A stretch of DNA of 24,270 nt, taken from Candidatus Brocadiia bacterium (GTDB taxonomy: Bacteria; Planctomycetota; Brocadiia; SM23-32). The notes beneath the pieces were generated by a model that was not told the DNA's origin, did not search any database, and saw nothing but the letters and a program-made list of their open reading frames with translations. The stretch spans positions 1-24,270 of the forward strand of contig JBKHIT010000067.1 of NCBI GenBank assembly GCA_046538485.1, given 5' to 3'. Made by a program: the position numbers and the translations under genes. Below, piece by piece: positions 15,301 to 23,836 of this stretch (position 1 is its first letter; each line of letters begins with the position of its first letter).

Positions 15301-17958
15301 ATGCAAAACCGAAATCATAGAGTTCTGTCCATTGTCGCTGTTCTGCTGGTTTTCTCAGCCCTCGCGACGACGCCAGCCCGATCTGCTGAACCCAAAAATG
15401 CGGAAACTAAACCCCGCCACATGGTTTTCGCACATTACATGACGTGTTTTGCGCTCTCCGTCCCCTTCCACAAGCAGGAGATCCGCATCGCGCAGTCGCA
15501 CGGGCTGGACGGTTTTGCCATGGATTTTGGAGCCTGGATTTCTTACGACAAAAAGGAAGACAAAATCAAACCGACTCGTTACGTGGAAAATATCGATCGG
15601 ATGTTCCAGGCGGCCAAAGAACTCGGTACCGATTTCAAACTTCTTCTCACGCCGGAATACAGCGTGAATCCCATGGAGAAAGCAATACCTCACATGGTGA
15701 AACGCTACTACGACCATCCCAATACCATGCGCTATCAGGGCAAGATGGCGCTGTCTTCCTACGGTGTGTCTCCTCAGCGTATCGGCGGGCTGCTCGACCA
15801 GCTTCAAAAAGAAGGATACGAAATCGCCTTCATACCGTTTTTCGGCGTCGGCCGACATGAGATGTCGGAAAGCGTGGAACACACACTCACCATGCTTCGC
15901 AAGCCGCATGTCACAGGGGTCTGGCGTTTTGTGACCGACGACTCTCCCCGGGGATGCATCCGCACGAACGCTAATATGAGACGGGCCGCCCTCTTCGCCG
16001 ACAAACTCTACATGGCCGGCGTCTCTCCCTATTACAACAGCGCCAACGTCCGCGACATGCAGGGCATACACGGCTACGGGGCCGTCTGGAAAGGTATTAT
16101 CCGTGATGACGCCGATTGGGTCGAAATCGTAACGTGGAATGACTACAACGAAGACACCAATCTAATGCATTACAAGTGGAAACGTAACTGGCACAAACAG
16201 CTCTACAATCGGGACGGTTCCCTGCTCGACGCCACGGCCTACTACATCAGCTGGTATAAACGGGGGAAAGCACCGGAAATCCAGCAGGACAAACTGTTTT
16301 TCGCCTATCGCGACCGGTCAAAATGGCTCGTCAAAGCATGGCACGCAAAAAAGAAAGAGTGGAAAACTCATACGATGGGCAAATGGCCGTTCACCCAGAT
16401 CCACGACGATGTGCTGGATCGGGTATATTTCTCGACTTTCCTCACAAAACCGGCACGGTTGAGCGTCAGTATCGCCGGAACCGAAAAAACGTTCGAAATG
16501 CCGGCCGGCGTGAAACACCGCTCGATCCCCATGAAACCCGGTGTGCCGCATTTTGTCCTCCAGAGGCAGGGCAAAGAGCTCTTCGACGTCGTCGGGCGCC
16601 GCACAATCATCGAGAAAGAAACCAAAGAGAACAGCCGCTATTTCGGCAGCCACCGGCCGAGTCGCATCTGGGCAGGAGAAGCGGTGGCGGGGAAAGCAAT
16701 CTCAATCGAAGCTGAATCCGGGGAACTCGATAACGGAGCTGAGGCTCAAGAGAAGGCGGTTCATCTGCCAGCAAAACCAGATGCCGGCGTTTCCCTGGGC
16801 GTAAAAGGTTTAAGAACGGGGATGTACAACCTCCGCTTCCGTTATTCAAATCCCCACTCCTATGACCGTCGTCTCACGCTCTACGCTGACGGCGTGAAAC
16901 GAGTCGATCCGAATGAAAAATACCGGATCCCGCTCTGGCTTCCGCCGACGGGGAAAGGCAAATGGAAGACCGCAACACTGATGTGGACGCTCTACGAAGA
17001 CACCACATTCCTGCGAATCGAGTGCGATCGCAAACCGGAGGGCGAAAAGATTCGCACGCCGGGCTGGAACGATACCGCCGATGTGCTGATTGACCGGGTC
17101 GATCTCGTCCGTGTCCGGCCGCATTCGTTCGAACCCGTCAAACAGTCGATCTTCCCCGAACTGGTAAAAATCCCGGGCGGCACGTTCCAGATGGGAAACG
17201 ACACAAGCAGCGAAAAGGACGAAAAACCGGCCCATGAAGTCACCGTCTCCGATTTCTACATCGGGAAATATGAAGTGACCAACGAACAGTTTGAAAAATT
17301 CTGGCCGGAACACGGAAAATGGCGCGACGGCTATTCGTGGCGCAATGACGAACCCGTCATTTACGTCGGCTGGAAAGACGGCGCCCGGTATTGCAACTGG
17401 TTGAGCAAACAAGCCGGCCTGACGGAGGTTTACGATGAAAAAACCTGGAAAGCCGACATGAAAGCCGACGGATTCCGGCTTCCCACCGAGGCCGAATGGG
17501 AATACGTCGCCTCGGGGCGCGGCCAGAATCGAAAGTATCCCTGGGGCAATGAGGATCCGGAACCGATGGTCCACGGCAATTTTCAGCTTGAGAAATCGCT
17601 CGGAGTGCCTTCTATCATGAGAGCCCAGCATGCCCAGGGGGTTGTCACCGTCGGTAACTTCCGAAAAGGTGCAAGCCGTGACGGAGTGATGGATCTGGCC
17701 GGCAACGTCACCGAGTGGTGCACCGACTGGTATCAGATGTACTCCGGAGAGTCCGCCAAGAATCCCGTCGAGACGCAAGAAAGTCATAGCCGGGTATTGC
17801 GTGGCGGATCGTGGGGGTATTACGGCTACAGCCAGCGGTGCGACGACCGCGAATTCAACAGTCCCAATTACCCCGGCTACATATTCATCGGTTTCCGAAT
17901 CGCTCTGCCTGCATCCGGCTACGAAAAAATTAAGGGGAAACTTGTGTCCGACCGGTGA
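15301..17958 (+). CDS. Secreted GH71-like glycoside hydrolase + CBM6/35-like domain + FGE-sulfatase (CLec-fold) domain (paralogue 5)
   Basis: Signal peptide; MVFAHYMTC, EIRIAQSHGLDGFAMD, DWVEIVTWNDYNE; SIEAESG...GMYNLRFRYSN..RRLTLYADG; LVKIPGGTFQMG, FRLPTEAEWEY, DLAGNVTEW, RGGSW, IGFRIA. Colinear with 5174..7831. Confidence 0.85.
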   Translation: MQNRNHRVLSIVAVLLVFSALATTPARSAEPKNAETKPRHMVFAHYMTCFALSVPFHKQEIRIAQSHGLDGFAMDFGAWISYDKKEDKIKPTRYVENIDRMFQAAKELGTDFKLLLTPEYSVNPMEKAIPHMVKRYYDHPNTMRYQGKMALSSYGVSPQRIGGLLDQLQKEGYEIAFIPFFGVGRHEMSESVEHTLTMLRKPHVTGVWRFVTDDSPRGCIRTNANMRRAALFADKLYMAGVSPYYNSANVRDMQGIHGYGAVWKGIIRDDADWVEIVTWNDYNEDTNLMHYKWKRNWHKQLYNRDGSLLDATAYYISWYKRGKAPEIQQDKLFFAYRDRSKWLVKAWHAKKKEWKTHTMGKWPFTQIHDDVLDRVYFSTFLTKPARLSVSIAGTEKTFEMPAGVKHRSIPMKPGVPHFVLQRQGKELFDVVGRRTIIEKETKENSRYFGSHRPSRIWAGEAVAGKAISIEAESGELDNGAEAQEKAVHLPAKPDAGVSLGVKGLRTGMYNLRFRYSNPHSYDRRLTLYADGVKRVDPNEKYRIPLWLPPTGKGKWKTATLMWTLYEDTTFLRIECDRKPEGEKIRTPGWNDTADVLIDRVDLVRVRPHSFEPVKQSIFPELVKIPGGTFQMGNDTSSEKDEKPAHEVTVSDFYIGKYEVTNEQFEKFWPEHGKWRDGYSWRNDEPVIYVGWKDGARYCNWLSKQAGLTEVYDEKTWKADMKADGFRLPTEAEWEYVASGRGQNRKYPWGNEDPEPMVHGNFQLEKSLGVPSIMRAQHAQGVVTVGNFRKGASRDGVMDLAGNVTEWCTDWYQMYSGESAKNPVETQESHSRVLRGGSWGYYGYSQRCDDREFNSPNYPGYIFIGFRIALPASGYEKIKGKLVSDR

Positions 17959-18011
17959 TGCGGATTGCGGGCCATATGCGGGGCAAATCCACTCCCAAAA
18001 TACGGTCTCCG

Positions 18012-18061
18012 GAGCGGACTGAACTTCAGAACCGCTCGTGCGGGGCTGGAGTTCAGAACGC
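18012..18061 (+). repeat. Palindromic repeat family C (GAGCGGACTGRACTTCAG-loop-GCTGGAGTTCAGAACGC), copy 1
   Basis: Further copies at 18639-18679, 22326-22375 and a partial one at 23837-23864. A related unit GCGGACYCAGCTGAACTYGAGTCTC follows at 18130-18154 and 22472-22496. Confidence 0.78.
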
Positions 18062-18313
18062 GGGCAGTTTTGTCCGAGTTGCCATTCTCCAAATTTCGTC
18101 CGCCTCAATGTCCCGCTTCCTCCGCCATGGCGGACCCAGCTGAACTCGAGTCTCAATCCCCGCGAGCGCGGTGCAGAAAACAGCCCCCCTCGCAGCACAA
18201 ACGACTCTTCTCCTGGGAGAGCCCGCGAAGCGGGCGATTCAGAAGTATCCCGGTGTGAAGTGAGGCCGCTTTGCGGCGAAATGAACGCCGGGATAGGAGG
18301 TTCGGGAAAATCC

Positions 18314-18381
18314 CCGGCGAAAAAATTATGGGAACGTTTTTTCTTGATCTTAAGCTTGTTTGATTGTCGTAGCATCTGAGA
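18314..18381 (+). repeat. AT-rich direct repeat, copy 2
   Basis: Near-identical to 12826-12894. Confidence 0.9.
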
Positions 18382-18429
18382 GAGCCGTGCTACATGCGTT
18401 TGTAGACAGGACTGCCGGAAAAGCGCTTC

Positions 18430-18608
18430 CCGGGGCCAACGGCCCGGCAGATGGCGGCCCGGGGTACAGAGGCCTGAAAGTCCTCGGAGCCCTGCCGTTG
18501 CAGAGCCCTGAAAGGGCTGCATATAACAGCCCGGGGTGACGAGGGCCGAAGGTCCTCGGAGCCCTGGGTCAAGGATGCGGAGGAAAATATAGTGGGCTGA
18601 AGGCCCAC
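18430..18608. repeat. Tandem multi-hairpin REP-like units (family D: GCCCTGAAAGGGC...AGCCCGGGGT...GTCCTCGGAGCCCTG)
   Basis: Two units of about 62-65 nt (about 18433-18494 and 18504-18568) share GCCCGGGGT and GTCCTCGGAGCCCTG; a third leading hairpin GTGGGCTGAAGGCCCAC is at 18592-18608. Confidence 0.7.
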
Positions 18609-18638
18609 CATAAATCCGTTCCCCAAATACCGTAGCAG

Positions 18639-18679
18639 GAGCGGACTGGACTTCAGCCGAAGGCTGGAGTTCAGAACGC
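18639..18679 (+). repeat. Palindromic repeat family C, copy 2
   Basis: GAGCGGACTGGACTTCAGCCGAAGGCTGGAGTTCAGAACGC. Confidence 0.78.
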
Positions 18680-18796
18680 AGTTCGACTTATGTGTACCCG
18701 CTCAATTCATTCCTGTCATGCTTGCAAACCGGGGCCTTTCGCACCAAACTGTAAATGCCCCGAACATTCCGTTCCGTCTGAAACTCCGGTTTCAAA

Positions 18797-20191
18797 ATGA
18801 AACTCACCATATCCAAGCAGCCAATTTCCGACCGCCGTTTCCACGGTCTGGGTTTCCAGGCCGATCCGTTCGTGTACGATGAAACGAATTGCCAGGCGGG
18901 CGTTGAAGAAAGCGATTTTAAGCTGATCGAAGAACGAATCCGCGCCATCCGCCCCGCCATCGCCCGGATATTCGTCGCGGTGGAATGGTTCAATCCATCC
19001 CTCGACGGAAAAACCTTCGACTGGGAAACCGCTGAACTCAAAAATCTTCTGCGGCAGCTCCGGCTTCTGGATTCGCTCGGCACCAGGATAAATCTGGTGC
19101 TGTTCCGGCCGTTTCCGGGCGAACACGAAGAAACCCTGAAACTGGTTGAAGCCATGCTGGTCCTGATACGGCACCTCCACGAAAGAGGGCTCAAAACAAT
19201 CCGCTGGCTCACGCTCTACAACGAACCCGACACTTTTTATCCGCAGGATACCTCCCTCGCCCGGAAAGTGCTGCAGGAACGTTTTGAATCGACCGAACTG
19301 AGATGGGACGATTACGTTCAACTGAACCGCCACGCGGCGCAGATGCTCCGGGAACAGAAACTCGACGGCCCGTTAAAACTCATCGTTGCCGATACCGTCT
19401 GGGGACACCCTTTTCGTCTGGAACGCATGAACCTTGCCGCTGAAGCATTCAGTGATCTGGACGTCGTCTACGGTTACCATAATTACAGCCCCGAAGATTC
19501 GACTCTCCACGGCGACAAAGAGGAATGGGCTTACCCGGGGATCGTGCGTGAAGCCGAACTTCTTCGGGAGATTGTCGGCCAGAACTCACCTTTGATGCTC
19601 TGGGAATTCAACAACTCCGGTCCCGGTTTTGGAAGCCATTTTCCGGGCCTTGGGCCGGGCGGATCGGACCTTCTCGGCTCACTGCGGAGCGCCGTCCAGA
19701 CCAGCGACATCATCCTATCGGCCGCCGGAGCGGGTATCGATGGGCTGTGTCTCTGGTGCTCGCACGACATGATTTACCTCGGCAACAAGAAGGGCAATCC
19801 AATGCGGTTCGGGTTATGGCGTTACAAATGGGAGGACTGGCAGCCCCGCCCCTGTTACCATTATTTTGCCCTGCTGTGCCGCGCATTTCGACCTGGAACG
19901 CAGTTTGTTCAGTGCGATCGGGACAGTGACGATGTGCAAGTTCTTGCGGGCCAGCGGGACGAGGAGGCGGTGATTGGGCTTTTGAACAGAAAACGGGAGC
20001 CCGTGGAGGTCGCCATCGACAGCGCTCTGCCGGTGCCCCCCACACGCCACCGCATCCACCCCGAACCGCTCCCCCGGGAGAACCACCTCCCGGTATGGAA
20101 GGTGGAAAAGCAGGATTCCGCCACGGATGAGATGCGGCTGGCACCGTTTGAGCTAACAGTTTTAGCGGATGGATTGTCGGATGTCGGCTGA
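18797..20191 (+). CDS. Clan GH-A-like (GH39/GH30/GH5-like) glycoside hydrolase, no signal peptide
   Basis: Putative acid/base motif WLTLYNEPD, YGYHNYS, putative nucleophile LMLWEFN, GLCLW...RFGLWR..WQPRPCYH, and a C-terminal beta-sandwich (IGLLNR...LAPFELTVL). The family cannot be fixed by eye. Confidence 0.7.
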   Translation: MKLTISKQPISDRRFHGLGFQADPFVYDETNCQAGVEESDFKLIEERIRAIRPAIARIFVAVEWFNPSLDGKTFDWETAELKNLLRQLRLLDSLGTRINLVLFRPFPGEHEETLKLVEAMLVLIRHLHERGLKTIRWLTLYNEPDTFYPQDTSLARKVLQERFESTELRWDDYVQLNRHAAQMLREQKLDGPLKLIVADTVWGHPFRLERMNLAAEAFSDLDVVYGYHNYSPEDSTLHGDKEEWAYPGIVREAELLREIVGQNSPLMLWEFNNSGPGFGSHFPGLGPGGSDLLGSLRSAVQTSDIILSAAGAGIDGLCLWCSHDMIYLGNKKGNPMRFGLWRYKWEDWQPRPCYHYFALLCRAFRPGTQFVQCDRDSDDVQVLAGQRDEEAVIGLLNRKREPVEVAIDSALPVPPTRHRIHPEPLPRENHLPVWKVEKQDSATDEMRLAPFELTVLADGLSDVG

Positions 20192-20313
20192 TTTAAGCAA
20201 TTCAAAGATTTGTCCGAGGCCCTATTCGAAAAACGATGCTAATTCAAGTCAAATTCTGAGCCGTCAAACTGCGAAACGACCCATAGCGTAAATGTCCCGC
20301 ACCTGCCAACACT

Positions 20314-20341
20314 TTGAAAAATTCCTCCGGAACTCTATACT
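20314..20341 (+). promoter_or_regulatory. Putative sigma70 promoter for moxR
   Basis: TTGAAA-16 nt-TATACT, about 40 nt upstream of the proposed start. Confidence 0.45.
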
Positions 20342-20383
20342 TAGAGACAATTTGCGCGCCGATCAAACAAGGAGGGTGGAAAA

Positions 20384-21391
20384 CTGGATTCGGAAACAAC
20401 CGAAGAGAATGTAGATCCAGAACTCAAAGAAGACGTAAAGGAGGCCGGCGAAGCGCTCAGCGCGCTGAAAAACGAAATCCATCGGGTTATCGTCGGACAA
20501 GAAGCTTTGCTGGACGGGATGCTGAGCGCTCTCCTCTGCGGCGGACACGTGCTGGTGGAAGGAGTACCCGGTCTGGCAAAGACCCTCTGCGCCACCACAC
20601 TGGCGGGTGTGCTCGACGCCGACTTCCAGCGAATCCAGTTCACTCCGGATCTTCTTCCCGGCGACCTGATTGGGGCGGAAGTTTTTAACCCTCAAACCGG
20701 TGAATTTTACACGCGCCAGGGGCCCATCTTTACGAATGTCCTGCTCGCCGACGAAATCAACCGAGCGCCCGCAAAAGTCCAGAGCGCGCTCCTGGAAGCC
20801 ATGCAGGAACGGCAGGTCACGATCGGCGGCGAGAGTTTCCCGCTCGACGCCCCGTTCCTGGTTATCGCCACCGAAAATCCGATCGAACAGGAAGGCACCT
20901 ATCCTCTGCCCGAAGCGCAGGTCGACCGGTTTCTGCTCAAGCTCAAAGTCGATTATCCCGAGACCTCCGAAGAACTTCAGATCGTCGACCGGATGGCGGT
21001 CTCCGAACCTGCGCTCGACGTCGAGCCAATCATTGGGCCTGCCGAGGTGCTCAGACTCCGCAAAATCACCGACCAACTGGTCGTTACGGACCGTCTCAAA
21101 GACTACGTGCTGCAGATCATCCAGATGACACGCCCTTCCGGCGCGGCTGAACTCGAAATTGACCATCTGATCGAGTGGGGCGCGTCTCCCCGAGCCACAA
21201 TCTACCTCATAATGGCCGCCCGTGCCCACGCTCTCATCGAAGGACGACATTACGTAACACCCGATGACGTCAAAGCGGTCGCGCCCGACGTGCTGCGACA
21301 CCGCATTATACGGACTTTCGAGGCCGAAGCCGAAGGCGTCGATAGCGACACCCTGATCCGCCGCATCCTGTCGGCCGTACCGGTCCCCTGA
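20384..21391 (+). CDS. moxR: MoxR-family AAA+ ATPase
   Basis: [25 protein letters not shown] (Walker A), [40 protein letters not shown] (Walker B), [35 protein letters not shown]. The reading frame extends upstream of the track start (20507) to a CTG at 20384 preceded by GGAGGG. Confidence 0.92.
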   Translation: MDSETTEENVDPELKEDVKEAGEALSALKNEIHRVIVGQEALLDGMLSALLCGGHVLVEGVPGLAKTLCATTLAGVLDADFQRIQFTPDLLPGDLIGAEVFNPQTGEFYTRQGPIFTNVLLADEINRAPAKVQSALLEAMQERQVTIGGESFPLDAPFLVIATENPIEQEGTYPLPEAQVDRFLLKLKVDYPETSEELQIVDRMAVSEPALDVEPIIGPAEVLRLRKITDQLVVTDRLKDYVLQIIQMTRPSGAAELEIDHLIEWGASPRATIYLIMAARAHALIEGRHYVTPDDVKAVAPDVLRHRIIRTFEAEAEGVDSDTLIRRILSAVPVP

Positions 21392-21395
21392 AATT

Positions 21396-21461
21396 AGGCT
21401 CTGTTTGAAAACCCGGATCTGGATTCGAGCGGTCCGACGACCGAGTTTTCAAAAAGGACCT
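21396..21461. repeat. Imperfect inverted repeat after moxR (terminator-like hairpin or MITE-like remnant)
   Basis: AGGCTCTGTTTGAAAACCCGG versus the reverse complement of the right arm AGGTCCTTTTTGAAAACTCGG, 17 of 21 matches. Confidence 0.5.
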
Positions 21462-21497
21462 GGTGGTCCATGACACTTGATTTGGGGGTACAATGCA

Positions 21498-21585
21498 GAG
21501 ATTGCCGCGTCGCCCAAACAGCGGGCTCCTCGCAATGACGTTCTAAACGTGTTCTTGGTCATTGCGAGCGGAGCGAAGCAATCTC
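21498..21585. repeat. Inverted pair of GTCATTGCGAG...GCAATCTC REP-like elements (family E)
   Basis: GAGATTGCCGCGTCGCCCAAACAGCGGGCTCCTCGCAATGAC (21498-21539) and GTCATTGCGAGCGGAGCGAAGCAATCTC (21558-21585). Confidence 0.8.
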
Positions 21586-21678
21586 GTCGTTTGCCGGAAC
21601 CCATAAATTCACTTGTCACGGAGCACATTGGTCCGTTCCACTGGTGCGGATAATGTTGTGGGGCAGGAGATCTATGCC

Positions 21679-22239
21679 ATGCTGCCGAATCTTCTCACAA
21701 TGCTGAGATTGCTGCTCGTTCCGGTTGTGCTGGTTCTTACGTACGGACCCGGTACCAGCCTGCGGATTGGGGCTCTGTGCGTGTTCCTGTTTGCGGTCTT
21801 TACCGACTGGCTCGACGGTTTTCTGGCGCGTCGGTGGGACCAGATCACGCCCTTCGGAACGTTGATGGATCCACTGACGGACAAAATGCTCGTGCTCGGG
21901 CTGTTTTTTGTCTTCGCGGACCTCGATATAATTCCGCTCTGGCTCGCACTGGTGCTGTTGTTCCGGGAAATGATGGTTTCTGGGATTCGCCGTCTGAAAG
22001 CCGCCCAGGGCGATGTCATCGGGGCCAATTGGATGGGCAAAACCAAATTCGTGCTTCAGACAATACTATTGGCGGCAGGCCTGTTTTATCTTGTTTTACT
22101 CTCCGCCGACAAAGCGCCTCAATGGGCAGAAAAGGCGTTCCTATATGCGGCCGTGGGAGTTGTCGGCGTCGCGCTGTTTTTCGCCCTCAACTTCTTCCGC
22201 TGGCACGCCAGGGGGATAATGACGAGCTCGGGGGAGTGA
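21679..22239 (+). CDS. pgsA: CDP-diacylglycerol--glycerol-3-phosphate 3-phosphatidyltransferase (CDP-alcohol phosphatidyltransferase)
   Basis: MLPNLLTMLR start after an AGGAG SD; signature TDWLDGFLARRWDQITPFGTLMDPLTDK; RE..VSG.R and A.W.GKTK...Q; several transmembrane segments. Confidence 0.88.
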   Translation: MLPNLLTMLRLLLVPVVLVLTYGPGTSLRIGALCVFLFAVFTDWLDGFLARRWDQITPFGTLMDPLTDKMLVLGLFFVFADLDIIPLWLALVLLFREMMVSGIRRLKAAQGDVIGANWMGKTKFVLQTILLAAGLFYLVLLSADKAPQWAEKAFLYAAVGVVGVALFFALNFFRWHARGIMTSSGE

Positions 22240-22325
22240 ACGGGATTCGACGCGGTTCGGTCCCCTGACCCTGATACGGCTTCAGCGAAAAGGGCTGCCC
22301 TTTCGCGTCATATCTATCTGCACAT

Positions 22326-22496
22326 GAGCAGACTGGACTTCAGCGCCGCACCGGCGGGGCTGGAATTCAGAATGCGGTAGGTTTCGGATCGCTCAATATG
22401 CTTCGAACCCCTACGTTCTGCCCCCGCCTCAAGTACCCCCGAGGCGCACAAATGCCCCATCATCCACCTGAGCGGACTCAGCTGAACTTGAGTCTC
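22326..22496 (+). repeat. Palindromic repeat family C, copy 3, with downstream companion unit
   Basis: GAGCAGACTGGACTTCAGCGCCGCACCGGCGGGGCTGGAATTCAGAATGC (22326-22375) and GCGGACTCAGCTGAACTTGAGTCTC (22472-22496), between convergent genes. Confidence 0.72.
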
Positions 22497-22543
22497 CAGT
22501 CAACCAGGCGGCCCGAAAAAACGCTTTCAGAATCGCAACACGT

Positions 22544-23623
22544 TCAACCTTCCAAAATGCCCACAACCTCCGCTTTCTCAACTCGATTCACAACCAGCGG
22601 TTGGGAAAAATCCGGCTGGGATTGCTGCCAGGTGACCAGATACTGTTCCCCGGTATCGCAAACGGAACAATACCGACTGCAGCCGGTGCCATGAGGTGAG
22701 ACAAACGCCGGACGTTCCACCGACAGCCTGGTCAGGTCAGGGAACTTACCATCCGGTCCCGCCGCGAGACCGCCAATTTCCTCGCAGGAATAGCCTTTCG
22801 GCCGGTCACCACCGTGATCGTGAATACACTCCGCGCCGTCATAGAAATAAAGACACCGTTTTTCGTCGATCGAGCCGGACTCCGGCAAAACGAACCGCTC
22901 GGTCACACGGAAAACGGCCACATCCCAGGATGGCCCCCGCGATTCGATGGACCATTTTTTGATCTTCCACTCGCCCGTCTCATCATCTCTGAGGGCGAAA
23001 CCGGTGTTGGTGCTCGCCCAGGAATACGGATGCGAACAGACCAGCATTGTACGCACGCCATCCCGGTCGAAGACAACCGGGTCTTTTAGATGCAGCCAGC
23101 TCGGGGGTTCGCTACGCAAAACGCATTTTACTTCTGCGTCCGAAAGTTCTTCCACCTCCGAAGCCTGTATCACATCGATGCTCCACACCCCTGTTCCGGA
23201 CTTCTGAAACTCTTTCACGCGGGCCGGGTAGTCGCGTTTCTTCTCGGAGGAGACGTAGAGTTCCACGCCGCTTTCGTCGGCACAGAGTGACGCTCCTTCA
23301 ATCGAAAGAACTTCTTCCCCCTCCGGCGCAAGATCATCTTTGAGGAACGAAAATGCTTCTTCGAAGCTCTCGCCTCCGTCCTCGGATTTCCAGAGAGAAA
23401 GTTCCGCACCGCGCGGACCGGCTTCGATCCCGACGCGCGAGTCTCCGCCGTTACGGTAACGTCCCACAAGCCAGAACGTGCCATCCGCGGCCTGCGCGAT
23501 GTTTCCGCCCCCGAACCAGAACCCTTCCTCGCGAGCTCTCGGCTCGATGAGAACCTCAGCTTTCTCTTGATCGAGAAGGAGTCCACCGACCTCCAAAAGT
23601 TTTTTTGCGAGCTGCGCTTGCAT
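22544..23623 (-). CDS. Beta-propeller protein with Asp-box (sialidase / GH32-GH43-like fold), function unknown
   Basis: Likely start MQAQLAKK at 23623 with GGAGG upstream; the track start is 23785. GFWFGGG, FWLVGRYR, Asp-box LWKSEDGGESF, SIEG, HLKDPVVF, YFYDGAEC, SPHG.G.SRY. No signal peptide. Confidence 0.65.
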   Translation of the reverse strand: MQAQLAKKLLEVGGLLLDQEKAEVLIEPRAREEGFWFGGGNIAQAADGTFWLVGRYRNGGDSRVGIEAGPRGAELSLWKSEDGGESFEEAFSFLKDDLAPEGEEVLSIEGASLCADESGVELYVSSEKKRDYPARVKEFQKSGTGVWSIDVIQASEVEELSDAEVKCVLRSEPPSWLHLKDPVVFDRDGVRTMLVCSHPYSWASTNTGFALRDDETGEWKIKKWSIESRGPSWDVAVFRVTERFVLPESGSIDEKRCLYFYDGAECIHDHGGDRPKGYSCEEIGGLAAGPDGKFPDLTRLSVERPAFVSPHGTGCSRYCSVCDTGEQYLVTWQQSQPDFSQPLVVNRVEKAEVVGILEG

Positions 23624-23836
23624 AATGTAAAAAGACCTCCATTTGCATTGACGACTGTTTTTCCAGCTGCCGGGACAGGCACCCATTATAGCGCGCCTGT
23701 TTAGCGTGGCAACACCGCAGGACTTCCGGAGACGGGATTCGGGGGTTGGAACCCCAAAGATTGTTTGGACGGAAAGGGCTTTCAAGGACAGAACTGCTGT
23801 CGGGGGCGCTTATCCCGTCCCCTGGCACTGGGACAT

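Noticed and set aside
7670..17910. Diversity-generating retroelement, because two FGE/CLec-fold C-termini resemble DGR target proteins
   Set aside because: No reverse transcriptase or non-coding template repeat in the window. The two 3' ends differ at all base types, often at synonymous positions, rather than only at adenines, which fits ordinary paralogy. A remote DGR cannot be fully excluded.
5174..17958. Identical 885-aa length of paralogues 1 and 5 as a sign of recent duplication or assembly artefact
   Set aside because: The proteins are clearly diverged with several offsetting indels, so the equal length looks coincidental.
4910..21301. Long minus-strand ORFs such as 4910..6247, 6707..7876, 10837..12069, 16846..18522 and 20363..21301
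   Set aside because: They overlap well-supported plus-strand genes, have no recognisable motifs and are expected in GC-rich DNA.
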